Assembly (NCBI RefSeq): GCF_009914755.1
Contig: NC_060930.1
DNA: 64,000 nt
Reading direction: 5' to 3' (one strand)
Origin: the human T2T-CHM13v2.0 reference genome, Homo sapiens
Of this stretch, positions 29,014 to 42,542 are shown one piece after another (the first letter of the stretch is position 1; each line of letters begins with the position of its first letter). The position numbers and the translations under genes were made by a program. The notes below the pieces were generated by a model that ran no database searches, was not told the DNA's origin, and saw nothing but the letters and a program-made list of their open reading frames with translations.

Positions 29014-30452
29014 GGTAAATATTTATTAAGTGCCTATTAAATGGTCAGGATAAAATGTTCATGTCAAGAAAATAAATATTTAGAACCAATACACATGCAC
29101 ACACGCACACACATACATGCACAGTGGAAGATTTCTTTCTCCTTGTAATTGAAAAAAAAATCAAATCAAGCATTCACTTAACATTATACAGCTATTATTA
29201 TCCAAGTAAATTAAACTAACATACTGCATGAGTAATAAAAAGAAAGTATTTCCTAATACTTGTACCTTAACCTTTGGGTCTATAAATGAATGAATAAAGA
29301 TGTATATACCATGTAGCCAGCTGCTAAGTCAGTATGTTCTCCAGCAATCTGAATACATGCTTCAAGCTCAACTCAGTATGTACAGAATACAAAATGGAAA
29401 CAAAGAGGGCAAGTTCTTTCTTAATCCTAAAAAACCGACATAGGAAATTGCCTGAATAATCAGCTCTGTAAATTAGATTATTCTAACAGTCACATGGCAA
29501 ATTATCATGTCTGCCTTTCTCTAAGATGTTACATCTTTTTTGTTAAAAAAAAGATTTTTAACTGCTACATGGCCACATAGTCCTTAGAACTTTTTTACAT
29601 TACCAAATAACTTTTTAAATTAATTTTAAGGTTCCTTAGCACATTGTACTCAAATACTCAAGTTTCACTATATTTTTAATGTAAGAGGTTTAACTCTAAG
29701 AACAATTACTTTAGTTCAACAGATACCCACCAAAAACGGTGCTCAAAAGGCAAAGGGAGGTCAAAGGCCACCACCTGGTCCTAGGCCAGAGACCCCCTGG
29801 GCTTTCTGGCCATGTGGCTCGCTCTTTATCTCAAGGTGTGGAAAGCCTCCCAGCTTCTCTCACTTCAAACTCAAAAAGCTCCATCTAGTCTTAGTTCCCA
29901 AGCACACACCTTCACTCTCCATTCATGAGGTTCCATTTGTTCTGCTTTCCCAGTCCTCACACAAGTATCTTCAGAATGTGTCATGGACTTAATGACGTGG
30001 AAAATAAGGATAATAATAACACCAAGTCATGCAGAAAGATCTTTGCAATTTACACGAGACATAAAGAGAAGGGTTAACGCACACATCGTTTCTCTTAGCA
30101 TGATATTCAAAACCACCAGCAGCTGAATCGACATTTTTATTTTCTACGTCACTGGCCATAGACAGAAACTTGTTGTGAATCTCAGTTTTGTAATTTGTAC
30201 ATGTTATCAGAAAAATTGTTTTAATTTTAGCATGAACATTTCCTAAAGTGCTCACAGCCACTCTCAAAACTTCCTGGGAATTCCTCCCAGTGCCTGGTTT
30301 GGATAATGCTGATGGATACAGAGCAAAGTGAACTTCATAGAACCCAGTGTCTGTGGATGAGGCAGCCAGCTGCCAGAGCAATAGAGAAGTGGGATGTCAG
30401 TGCATATTAATCAAGCCGAAATTATATACTTTGTAACTTGACTATTACAGCT

Positions 30453-31200
30453 TCATTAGTTTATTGAATATTGCCCACATGAAGACCTTTGTACTAATTC
30501 TGAGATGTTACCAAGAAATAGGAAATGAGGTAAATACATTTTCCAAGGAACACAGATCATATAAGAAATAATAATATCAAAGAAAATATACCAAAAAATC
30601 CCCCAGAAATTATGGAATACATTTTAGCATGTACATAATCAAAAGCATAATGGTAAACTAAGAACAGGAACCAGAGAATATAGTTTGAAACAAGATCATT
30701 GTGTCTAAATGGCTCCATGAAGAAGAGGACCCTGGCTGGTACTCTGGAAGTTGTAGCATTCTGATCTTATGAAGCGAGGGAGAATGAAGTCCTTGGAGAA
30801 AAACGTGGAACAGGTGGACACAGCCAGAGGAAGGAGCGAACACATTTTGGGCAAGGACATTCTCTGTGTGAGACTGGCTGCATGGGCAGAACAAGTGAAG
30901 GTAATGGGAGAAAAAAGGCAGCCAGATATAGAGAGATTCACAGGTAGAAAGCTCTGCAACCCAGGGCTTAATTAATATTTTCTTTTCCTTTGAGTTTAGC
31001 ATGCTCAGAAAGGGGCTAAGGTGATTTTATTTTAAAGCAGGGAATTTGAAAGATTTTTATTTGAATATATAAAATATGCAGAGATGGAGGGAGAAATTCT
31101 TGCAAGTCCAGGAGAAAAGTGTTAGGGTTTGGAATAGGAAGAGAAATCATCAACATAATGATAAGCATATTTGGCAGGAGTGAGAAACAACAGCAGAACT
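30453..31200 (-). mobile_element. Degenerate L2
   Basis: tcattagtttattgaatattgcccacatg start followed by a purine-rich L2-like body. Confidence 0.45.
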
Positions 31201-34200
31201 TACTGCTCTATGAACATGGCAGCTAAAGGCAAGGAAGATTCTTCCAGAAACAAATGTAAGGAAATAGCAGAGTACAAGACAGTTATTAGAAAACAGGGTA
31301 AATAGCATGTAATAATACAGACACAGCAAGAAGCCATAAATTTACATTTCATAAAGTTTATGAAAAGTTTTTATTAAAAATATATTTTTAACGGAAAGTA
31401 AAAACTTCACAAAATGATCTGCAAAATTTGAACATGTACAGTAGAAGAAAATGGAGGTTTTGTCATATTAATCAAATTGGCTTTCTATCATGATACAATA
31501 TATAAACTCATTGCCACTGCAGAGTCCTGTTCTTCTACACTTTTGGACTCTTAAAAAAATTCTAGTGTCTATAGTTCTTTGAACAAAGGTTTAAAAAAAG
31601 CTTCAAAACTTTAAAGAAAAACAGAACTCTTGGCGAAAGCTACTATTAAAGGGCCCGCCTTAAAAAAATCTAGCTTGTAAAACAATATCTTACATATTTC
31701 AATGAATTCTGATTTAGATCTCCATTTTAGCTTCTTTGAACAAACATCTTTATGTGTAAAATGAATACTTTTGTTCACACAAACAGCGCCTCATTCCATT
31801 TAGTTTAATTCATAAGACTGCTTAGCATATGACATTGATATAAACTCACCTTATAAGATTAAAAGAAGCACAGACAAGTTCACTTAAGTTAAATATGTTT
31901 TAAGTTTCTCTAAGTGAAGAAAAGCTAAACACATTTTTAAACCCTAAATCATTTAGCTTCTGCAATTATCTCATCTACCAGAACTCTAAAATCAATTTGA
32001 CTGGACTTTCATTTATGCTTTATAATAGGAAAAAATGACACATTTCCAAATTTAATTAACCAAAACAAAAATTCTTAGGACACCCCATGTAATTCTGAGT
32101 GGACTAAACAATACATCTTCGTCGCTCAGGACAAAAGGTCATTTGGAAGGGATGTACCTTTAAGGGTTTACAAAGGCTTGATCTTCAGTCTTGTAACGAA
32201 AGAGGAAGCACATCTCAGCAGAGGAAGGATGCCCACTTTAAATAAGGAAATGGGCTTGCAGGATGCACACATGCTGCTTTCTATTAATGATAAGCACAGT
32301 CTACAAAAAGAGCCTCAGAATGCTTTAACTTTCATGTAGAATACCTGCAGAGAATGTCTAACATAAACAAAACGACAAGTAATGTGTCCACTCACCGTTT
32401 TATGAAATGATTTATGTGTTCATAATAGAGGCTAGTAAATACTAACGACTATATTCCAGTTAACAGCTGTAATTACTGGTGTGATGATTGTATGCCAGGA
32501 TCCATGCCAATAATGTTTTGGGAGCAAAGCATACTTTAGGGGTTTATGAGGATGATTATACAAGATAGATGGCTCTGCTGGGTGATTTTTTTTCTTTCTT
32601 TTTTTTTTTTTTAACCAGAGGGAATGAGATGGCAGAAATTAAGACCTTTACCATACCTTTTTTAAAAAATAGATAATTATATATGTTTAAGAACTGGAAA
32701 GCATTTTGTTAAAGTTTAATCTCTTTCAAGACAGAAAGTAAATCCAATCAAAATCCCAGCAAATATTAATCTAAATTTAATTGTGGACATCACCTTTTGG
32801 CTTCTTCCATCTCTGCCTGTGTCTGTGTGTGTCTGTCTCTCACACACATATATTTACACACACACCCTAACCAGATATTTTGCAACTACATTAAAATAAA
32901 TCATAACCTTTATTTAATTACTCAGCAGGTGACTGTCCGGTTTGTCAACCTGCCCTGTCTCTGACTCCCCTCAAATTCCTTCTCACCACCTATCAGTAAT
33001 CCTTGGGGCATTCTGCTATTTCTTAACACCTCAACTAAGAGATATTAAAAGCAGATAAATTATCTACCTGGCAAAAATTTACTGCAAATTGTCCAGGGTA
33101 TTGGTAATTTCCCAGAATTATGTCTGCATTGACAGGACAGTTTTGCCAACTGCACCTGCAGTCCAGCCCAACCTCTCCTCCCAGTATAAGTGGCAAACTT
33201 AAAAAGGCTGGAAACACTTTGCTCATTTTACAAGACTTGTGTCAGGCATCACTTCTATTATGAAATAATCTTGAATTGTGTTCTGGAGGGATCTGGGGCC
33301 AACCCCATGCTGGATCACATAAGTCTTACTAAGTGTATGCTTGGATTCCATGTGTCACCCCAAAAGAAAAGCTTATCTTTAACAAATTTATTTAAAATTT
33401 TGACATCAAAATATTCCAAAGAAATATTTTGAAGAAGGTACTTTAATTTAAATATAAATTTAAATTTTGTGTCATTTTGAATTATATATTGGGGTGTACA
33501 GGAGCAGCATGTAATACTATCTTCTGTGCTGGGGGCCTCCTAAGGATTTTACTCGGTCCTAGTCAAACCTCTACAATAAAAACAGATAGCATGCATTACA
33601 TCCAACTCGTGAACTGCCTTTCTCCCAGTGATATGAAGACAGTCCAGAGAAGGGGGCAGGTTGGAGGAGGAGGGAAGCGGGTGCCCACACAGAGATCAAC
33701 ACACAGCCCATGTGGTTCCCACAGCATGCTCTGCACAACCAGACAGATCCATCACTGCTGGTTACTGTCCATCTCCTCCACAAGAGTCTGTGGGTTTGGT
33801 CTTTGCAAGATCATTTCGAAATTAAAAGTGGACAAAGATAATATATGCCCACATCTTCTTAAAGTATGTGTGGGGGTGGTGCATGGGAACACCTGTGTCA
33901 AATTTGTGATGCTGGAGAGCCAAGAAAAAGATAAGGGAGGCAAATCTGAATCTGGTGGTTGTAAAGCACCTGGAGGAAATTTTGCTGTTCTTTCTCCAGC
34001 ATCTGCGAATTTGTAGGACGAGGTTAAGAGGGAGCACACAACTTCCAATGTTGTCCCAACTTCTATTTTACATGGACCTTGCTCCCTACATAAAATGCAT
34101 ATAAAACCCTTTCTTATTTAAATTTCCCAAGGATTTGCAGCAGTTTGTACAACACATTTGGCCACAGTAAGTCTCAGGGCTCTAAATGACCTCTGGGGAT

Positions 34201-34685
34201 GAATGACATGTGCACACAGAAGAATTTATAAGACTCACTCTATAACAGTTCCTTTGGAACTACTACTTTCTGAGGGTGAAGGTAACAGATTTTTTTTAAG
34301 TAGTACAGTTGACAAACTATGCATTGGCTCCAAACAAGGCCGTGTGCGCTAGATAAACATAGTAAAACTGTTATAAAGTGGTTCGCTAAATTGTAGCTAT
34401 ACTGTAGCTCAAAATGTATTGCTTGGGACATAGTGATATATAGCATATGTTTCACTAAAATGTGAAAAAGCCTAGAACACAAGTATTATCTTTGTGACTC
34501 AACACCAATACAATAACAAGGATTTTCTCCAATTCCTTTTATAAACAAAATAAATTATTACTGTATCAACTCTCTCACACGTAAAGATGATCACATTACT
34601 CTCTACACCAGGGTCACAAATTCAAATGCAAGCATGTAGTATAAATACATAAAGCAGGCCAGGTGCAGCTACGGTAAACTCAAAC

Positions 34686-34798
34686 AATGGTTCTCACACT
34701 TTAATGTGCATACAGAAATCGCCCTGTTAACACGCACATCCTGATGCAGTAGTTCTGGGGTGGAGCCATGGATTTTGAATTTCAAACAAGCTCCTCAG
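34686..34798. mobile_element. MER5A-like hAT-Charlie fragment
   Basis: caatggttctcacactttaatgtgcat...ctgatgcagtagttctggggtggagcc...aacaagctcc. Confidence 0.7.
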
Positions 34799-34910
34799 AA
34801 AAGCAAAGAACTAGAGAGCTCTTTTCCCTTTCAGCTGTTTTGCCCAGGCTGAGGCCTCCACACAGGAGTGCCACTGGGCTTGGTGCTGGTGATTTCTCAA
34901 AAGCTGGAAA

Positions 34911-35330
34911 TTCACTCATTCAATCAGTTTCCCAACCTCTTCTGTGTTCTAGGTATCCTAGATACTAAAGATGTAGCAGTGAACCAAACAACTACAAATG
35001 GATGCCCTCACAGAGTTACCTGGATAACAGGAGAGGAGAGACACCCAACAAGATAAATAAGTAAAATGTATAGACCAGTGTAAGTGCTTAGAGAAAAAAA
35101 AAAAAATCAAGTTGAAAAGGGTGTGTGTGTCAGGGTGGGGATGGGGATACAATCTGAGATAGGGTGACCAGAGATGGTCTCACTGAAAATGTGATATTTG
35201 AGTCCCTGGAAGAAAGTGAAGAAGAAAGCTATGAGGACATCTGGGGAAAGAAACAGAAGCAAAAACAGAAGTAAAAAACAGAGGTAGGAAATCTGGGCTC
35301 AGGGCATTCCTGGTGTGTGAAACTGAACTG
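34911..35330 (-). mobile_element. L2 3' region
   Basis: ttcactcattcaatc...gatgtagcagtgaaccaaac...ctcactgaaaatgtgatatttgag. Confidence 0.75.
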
Positions 35331-36145
35331 CCCCAGAGGCCAGGCAGCTGAGGAGCAGAGTGACTGTGGGCAAGCCTGGCGGGTACCTTAAAGCCTAAAT
35401 GTTTCCTGTACTTTCTTCTGATTTCTAAATGCTAACAACTAAGTTGTAACTTTAGAAAATATTTTAGGCCCATGGTCACCACTTTCTGGCCTCTATAGTT
35501 TTAAAAGTTTGAAAATACAATTAACATTTTAGTGAAATGCCTTATGAAAACATTAGCCATTTTTATTACTGCCTAATTTCTCCTAAGTCTTAAACTATAT
35601 TAAAAATTTATAATTGTATAATCAGAACTTATTATTGAAAATGGGCACACACAAAGATCCATAAAGAACAAGTGTAGAAGTTAGAACCTCTCAATGACCA
35701 AAGGGTGGAATAAAATCCCAGCAAAAGATAGTATCCAGTTGCCCATCAACAGTTGCTAGTTCATCATCGGGAAGACATATACTGTGAACTGTTTTTCTGG
35801 TGCTGGTGATAGGTTTGAACTGGAGACATACAGCTATTCCTCAGTCTCTCTGTAATCAATGTCAAGCATTTGAAAGGAAAGTAGCCCAGGTCAAGGATGC
35901 CTTAAGAGACAATAAATCAAATTTGTCTTTTATCTTCTTCTTATGGAATCCTATACAGCTGGAAATCTCAGGGCCAAATCTGCAAGCCTTCTCAGGAAAT
36001 CTACAGAATTTCATGGATATAATTTGTATGTGTACTAATCTCATTTTTGGTACCACAATATTAAATTTATTTTCTCTTGGCATATTGTATGTATTTGCAC
36101 AATCCTTAAGTCTCCTTAAATCCCTTTCAAAATGAGATCTGGAAT

Positions 36146-36260
36146 CCATTCATTTATTAAATATTTACTGATGCCTACTACACAACAAGTATTGTTTTAG
36201 GTTCTTGGGTATATATCAGAAAACAAAACAAAGATGTCGGCCCTTAGAAAGCTTATGAAA
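36146..36260 (-). mobile_element. L2 3' terminus
   Basis: tccattcatttattaaatatttactgatgcctacta. Confidence 0.65.
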
Positions 36261-37329
36261 ATATAGAGAGAGGCATAAAACAAAAAGGTAATTTGCTTAC
36301 AAGGAGTCTGATTTAACCAGTAACCTAACTGGTAGCAGTAGTATCTCCATTCATCATTATAAAACTGCTAATTCACAGGTAGCTAAAACGTCTTCCAGAA
36401 AGTCACCATATAAAACAGAGGTAGCATTTGGAATACAACCTGTGGTGATAGATACAATACAGTTCCTCTTACTGATTTGCCATGTAACTTACTAATTCCT
36501 CTAAGGAGAGGATGCAAAGAAAACTTCTAACACCAATCTGGAACTTCTCAAATTTCATTTTTAAAAATTCTAAATTGAAAGCATAAAATGCAAATAAACA
36601 TGTAACATGTAGTTAAATTATCTTTTCAAAGGAAAAAGTATGTTAAATCATGCAAACAGTTGAATGAATTATCATGAAGGAAAATGAAGTCTTTGCAATT
36701 CAAGTAGTTTCCAATCCCAGATTATTTTAAATTGATACTTCCTTCATTTATAGTTTGAGCCAAACCATATGACCAATGAAATAATAATTGCATAATCACT
36801 GAATCAATAATGCAATGATTCATTAACCAATGCATAATAATTGCTGAAAGACACCACAAACCCAATCATGTGGTTAGGAGTAAAGAAGGCAGCAAGAAGT
36901 TTCCAAAGTATCATGTTATACTGCTCTTAAATTAAAAAGCTAGAGCAATATTTCCCTTAAACATCTATCATATTAATTGATTGGGAGGGTTCTCAATTAT
37001 TTTTGACCAAGGGCCTAAGGAAATCTTTCCAGACTTTCTGAAAAAGTTGTATACTGAAACTGGTCAGGCATAGGACAAATCCTTCACTTTATCACTGAAC
37101 CAAATAGTCTTCTGTCTTCTTAAACCTTTTGTAAGTAACTTCCTAAGGAAAAAATTAACAATGTTTGATTTATAAGAATAAATTTATTTCTTAAAAGAAT
37201 GCTTTCAGAATATAAGAAGGCTTCTGGAAATTAGTTACTTAAGGATTAAACTATCAGGTGTTCACCGCCATTGCTTTTATTGCCCCTTTTGCCCTGTGAT
37301 GAGCTTAGATCCTAACAGTACAGATGAGT

Positions 37330-37480
37330 CGTTCCTAAACTAAGTTGCACAAAGAATCACTGGAGGTACTTTCTAAAATGCAGATTCTTGGGTTTAACCT
37401 CCAGAGAACATGTTTCAGTAGCTCTAAGATGGAGGTGTTGAAACTGTACTTTTCACAATTGCCAAAATGTTTCTAATATG
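37330..37480. mobile_element. MER5A-like fragment
   Basis: agaatcactggaggtac...aaaatgcagattcttggg. Confidence 0.6.
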
Positions 37481-37763
37481 GCCTATTTGTAAATATTCTG
37501 GAATCAGATCCGAAGGAGACTGTGTACCAGTCCGGAGGCATATAAAAGAACCCATGGGGATACTGAAAAAAATATTAAAACTTTCATAGTCATTGTTATG
37601 TCATCCATTTCAATTTTTTAGTCACATGATTTCTAACACACAGAATATACTGGTACAGGATTAAAGGTATTTAATGATAAATAGATATATGTATATGCAT
37701 ATATGTGTGTGTATATAAGGGACACGTACAAAAATATTAAATATGTGCACTTATCTTCTATAA

Positions 37764-38245
37764 CAGGGGTCAGTAAACTTCTTTAGTTTATGGACAGACA
37801 GTAACTATTTTAAACTTTCCAGGCCACATATCATCTCTGTCGTATAATCATCTTTGCTGTTTTTCTTTTACAAACATTTAAAAATGTAACAACTCCTATT
37901 AAAAAAAGATTACATACTGTATTATTCCATTTACATGAAACGTCTAGAATGAGCAAATCTACAGAGACAAAGTACATTTGTGGTTGCCAGGGGCTGGGGC
38001 GGTAGGAGAGAAAAGGAATGTTGGTGCCAATGGGTATGAGCTTTCTGTTCGGGGTGATGACAATGCTCTAAAATTCACTGTGATGATAGTTACGCAACTC
38101 TAGGAATAAACTAAAAACTACTGAATGTTGTACTTTAAATAGTTGAATTTATGGTATGTGGATTTTAATGTCAACAACGCTGTTATTAAAAAACGTAACA
38201 TTCCTTTTTACCTCTGGGTTGCAACTGGCTCACAGGCCAACAGTG
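37764..38245. mobile_element. MER58-like hAT element split by an L1 3' end
   Basis: caggggtcagtaaactt...caggccacatatcatctctgtc; resumes after 38193. Confidence 0.65.
37898..38193 (+). mobile_element. L1MB/ME 3' terminus
   Basis: tacatactgtattattccatttacatgaaacgtctagaa...gttattaaaaaa; TSD aaaaatgtaacaactcct / aaaaacgtaacattcct. Confidence 0.8.
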
Positions 38246-38249
38246 ATCT

Positions 38250-38465
38250 AGAACAACAGTTCTCAAAGTACGGTCTGGAAGTCCAGAGAGTGTCCAAGAC
38301 ACTTCTGGGGTGTCTGCGAAGCCAAAACTATTATCAAAAAATACAAACACATCATTTGCCTTTTTTGTTCTTATATTCTCACACGTATACAGTGAAGTTG
38401 TCCAGAGCTTACCTGATACGTATTAAAACACACCAAATGCAGAAGCAGATAGGAGAAGCCAGCCA
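38250..38465. mobile_element. Charlie1-like hAT fragment
   Basis: cagttctcaaagtacggtctg...ggggtgtctgcgaagccaaaactatt. Confidence 0.6.
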
Positions 38466-39263
38466 ATCCGTTTCTGGCCTGGAAGGTAGGCATCATTCCC
38501 AAGGTCAAGCAACCACTTTTGAGACCATGAGGAAGAAACCCAGGCTGAGGATGGTTGGGGGGAAAAAGAAGAAGCTGCCACCCCTGCTAGCCCTATGGAA
38601 CTGCTACACCATCTCTAGTCTACCTTCTCTAGCCTTCTTACCACATAAGAAAAAATGATTTAAGCTGTTTTCAGGCCTCTAACTTATAGCTGAATAAAAT
38701 TCTTCACACACACAACATCACATTGCTCCACAATTCATAAACAGAACCCTCCCCCTGAACACTGTCTCCTCTCAGATGGCCTCAAGCCAGGCTACACCAT
38801 GTGGAGGGAAGGCTTCATTATGAAAGGTGTTAATCATTAACAAAGATGTCAAATTAACTGTTCTCCCCTCATGTGCCAAGTTTTCTCTCCTCGGTATGTT
38901 GAATGCTGTGCCTGACCTGCCTAGATGCCCTTCTCTCCATTTCCCAGAGCTCAAAGCTTATCCATTCTTCAAGGCCAACCCAACTCATGAGTCAGCTCCT
39001 CATGATATCAGGATATGTCTTCCCTGATTTTCCAAGGATTCACCACTATACATCTCCCACATCTTGTGTCTCAAATGGCACTTACTTTCTATTTGGCATT
39101 TGACCTATTTCTCTGTCTTATCATTCATTTCTGTATCCCCCATCATACATACCAAGAGACTTCTCTCCTAAATAAAAGCTCAAATTTGTGTCAATTATAT
39201 CAATATTATTACCTATGGTCAAGTTATTTAGGAAGCAGAAAATAACACAGAACAACAGAGTAA

Positions 39264-39589
<326 letters not shown>

Positions 39590-41639
39590 AAAAGAGTACT
39601 TTAAAATCCTCTCCACAAGTAATCTCATGTCGCAGGGCAGCCTGGCCTGGGCGACTGTCTCAGCCGTCATTTATTGCACCTCTAAGAATTAGATGACAGT
39701 GTTCTCCTTTCACCTAACTTTAATTTAATGTAAGAATTTGTGTGCCTAATGAAAATCAACTCAACCCTGAACTCCCTTTTCAAGTCAATGAAGGAAATCG
39801 GGAGACTTAATTAAATGGTGAAATAAAGCCCTTTTAAGGAGGATTTATGACCCTTCTGTGTAAAGTATTTAAGATAACAAGGTGTTGATAAATTAGGTCT
39901 TGGCTGGATAAAGATCTAAACACATCAGTATAACAGATTATGAAGTTGTCTTTCATAAACGCAGATCTCGGGAATAAACTGAGTTATTGATTCATTAATA
40001 GGTTTGCTAACTGGAAAAAAAAAATCACTGATTTTCAGAGCCTTACTGCTTGTTGGCACCTAGTAATCAATGCTTCTTCCCAGGAAGGTCTGTCCCAGGG
40101 ATCACTTAGTACATCAACTGTTCTAGGCTTTAGCAATCCATACAAGGCATATAGAAATTCCTGGCGTTACCCATTATCATACTTGTGTGTCCCAAATAAA
40201 TGGGGCTCCAGGCAAAATGCCAAGACAGTGTTAAACAGTAAGACCATATATGCTGATTAATGATAATTCTCTTCCTATAAATGTCAGAAAGTAAATATAG
40301 GATATACTGAGAATAAGCAGTTATCCTCACGAAGCATATTCTATGGGAAAAGTAAACCATAAACAAGATAAAACAAGCTGCACGGAAAGACTTCAGAGCC
40401 TATGGCATGCTGATATGTACTGTGAAATCTGCATGGTAAGCAGTATTCTCCAAATTAACGTGGCGTAGCTCACCTTATGCTATCCTGAACCATAAAACAC
40501 ACTTTCGTAAGTAAGGTTTTAAATAAGTGCTCAGTAGATACATTCTAATTTCTACTCCTGTTGTACCTGGAGTTATCTTTTGGAGGCGAAAGGTAATGAG
40601 GTAGGAACAGCCTGAACTTGTGAGATAAAAGGAGGGAGCCCTTGGTAGCATCATGATTATAAATGACATTTCTCTAATAAAGGTAACTGCACTTAGGGAG
40701 CTGAAGAAATGGTTCAGTCAGGCAAACTGTCTGGGTATCAACACTTCATACACTTGGAGCTCTCCCGTGAACTGACAATGCCCCTTCAACTTCACCCTCA
40801 ATGAGAACTGCTTCTTGTACAAGTAAAAGAAGGTGGGAAACAGATAAAAATCTTAGTGGAGAGTTACAAATGGTCCAAAAAGGAGGTAAACTAGATTAAG
40901 TTCTCACACTGTAGAATCAGTCAAAAAACTACACGACGTTGTTGTAACCAGAGCCTCCAAATAAACCATTCCCACTGAAGTACGCTGGTTCACACTGCAG
41001 GTCCCTCACTAGTCAGCTGTGCATGGGGGTCCTGCTCATTCTGGACTCCCAGGACAGAGAAGCAGCATCTGACACATGTCCCTCACAATGGGGGAGGGAG
41101 TAGCAGGAAAGAAAACTCTGGTTTGGTAAGTCTGAGTTCAAACAGACGAGAAGTACAATCCTATCTTGTGCCCAGAACAAGAAACCAAACATCGGTGATG
41201 GCATCAATGTCTACGTCATAGTTCACCTCAAATTATGTCTTTGGGAGGGGAAAATTCTACAAATTATGCTGTAACATAACAAAGCGCCTGGATGCTGTGA
41301 ATAGAAAGAAGTGGTTGCTTGGGATTTGGTTCTGCTGCTCTCTAGTGTTTACAACCGCTCAAGCCGCACTTTCCTTAGCACTAAGGTCTCAAAGGTGTTG
41401 GCAACCTGCACATGGTTTCTAAAGGAGCCTGAAAGGAAGACATAAAGACAAGGAGCAAATGAAGACAAGAGAGCAGGGGAAAGAGAAAAGCGGTAAAAAT
41501 AAATAAATAAATAGATAAATAAGTACTGTAAGTAGTACTAGTATAATGGTTGTTTCCAAAGATAAACATTTTAACTATTCCCTGCCACAATATCTCCAGT
41601 TTACCTGCCTTGGTACACCATACTTTTAAAGTTAACCTT

Positions 41640-42120
41640 GAACCTTGAAATAAAGAGGGTTGGGGGGGAGGTGGTGGTGAAAAAACTAGCTCACCAAAGC
41701 GCCCTTATAAATTAAAGCCTGAAGTTGGGCTCGGTCCCTTTTTATTGAAGATCGCCCCCCTTTGCCATCCCCACCTCCTGACACAAAGCTGGTTTTGTCC
41801 CAGCCTTGCATCAGCTGCACAGTACAGGGTGTACATGCTGAAAAGCAGCTGTTTGCTGACAGACTGCGAACTGGGACAGCTAGCTAGAGCTAAGTGAAGT
41901 GGTTAACCCACATCCCTTCCCCACTGATAAAGTGCTTTGATAAGCAAACTATACTGGTAAAAGCTGGAAAGACTGCCAGAAAAGCCGCGCTCAAGAATGA
42001 ATGCAGGCTTGTTTTGAGGGAGCTTATGCTTTCACACTGTCGACTTTAGCCTTCACTCCTGGTCCCCACCTCCACTGGGCCCGCACACTTCAGTGTTCCT
42101 TCAGCTAGCAGCAAGACCCA
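41640..42120 (-). promoter_or_regulatory. Candidate enhancer or alternative first exon ending at donor 41695
   Basis: Unique, GC-richer than its flanks, several retained CpGs; CAGCTG 41812 and 41846; TGATAA 41925 and 41938; minus donor TTG|gtgagc. Confidence 0.35.
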
Positions 42121-42542
42121 TTCTTTGATATGTCAAATCAATATCCTGCTCATACAGAAAAACAAATATATATTTTAAAACACTGCAAAAAAAAAACAGC
42201 TCTTCATATAACTTTTCTCAAAAGTATTCTTCCCAATTCAGACTCCTATGAGAAGCAAAGCATTAATTCCTCCCGAAATATGCTCCTTGGATCAGTGACT
42301 GCTGAGTAACATAAGCACATAAATTTTTTCTCCAACTTTTATTAACAAAATGAAATTTGAAGTTAAAAAACATGAGGGTTATTTGGAGTTTCAACTACTG
42401 TGCACTCTGGACACATAGTTGCTCATTAATGGCAGAAGGCAGGGGCAACGTGAAGGCACACTAACCTTAACTAATGTTTTTCTTTGGGAATATGTCCCTC
42501 ATTTAGATTTGTGGACTGGAGTGCTTGAATTCCGCTAACATA

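Noticed and set aside
32345-32395. Mini-intron between donor 32395 and acceptor 32345 on the minus strand
   Set aside because: 51 nt is below the usual minimum for human spliceosomal introns.
38143-38658. 171-aa ORF
   Set aside because: Runs across L1, MER58, Charlie and LTR-like fragments; TTG start; no coherent protein.
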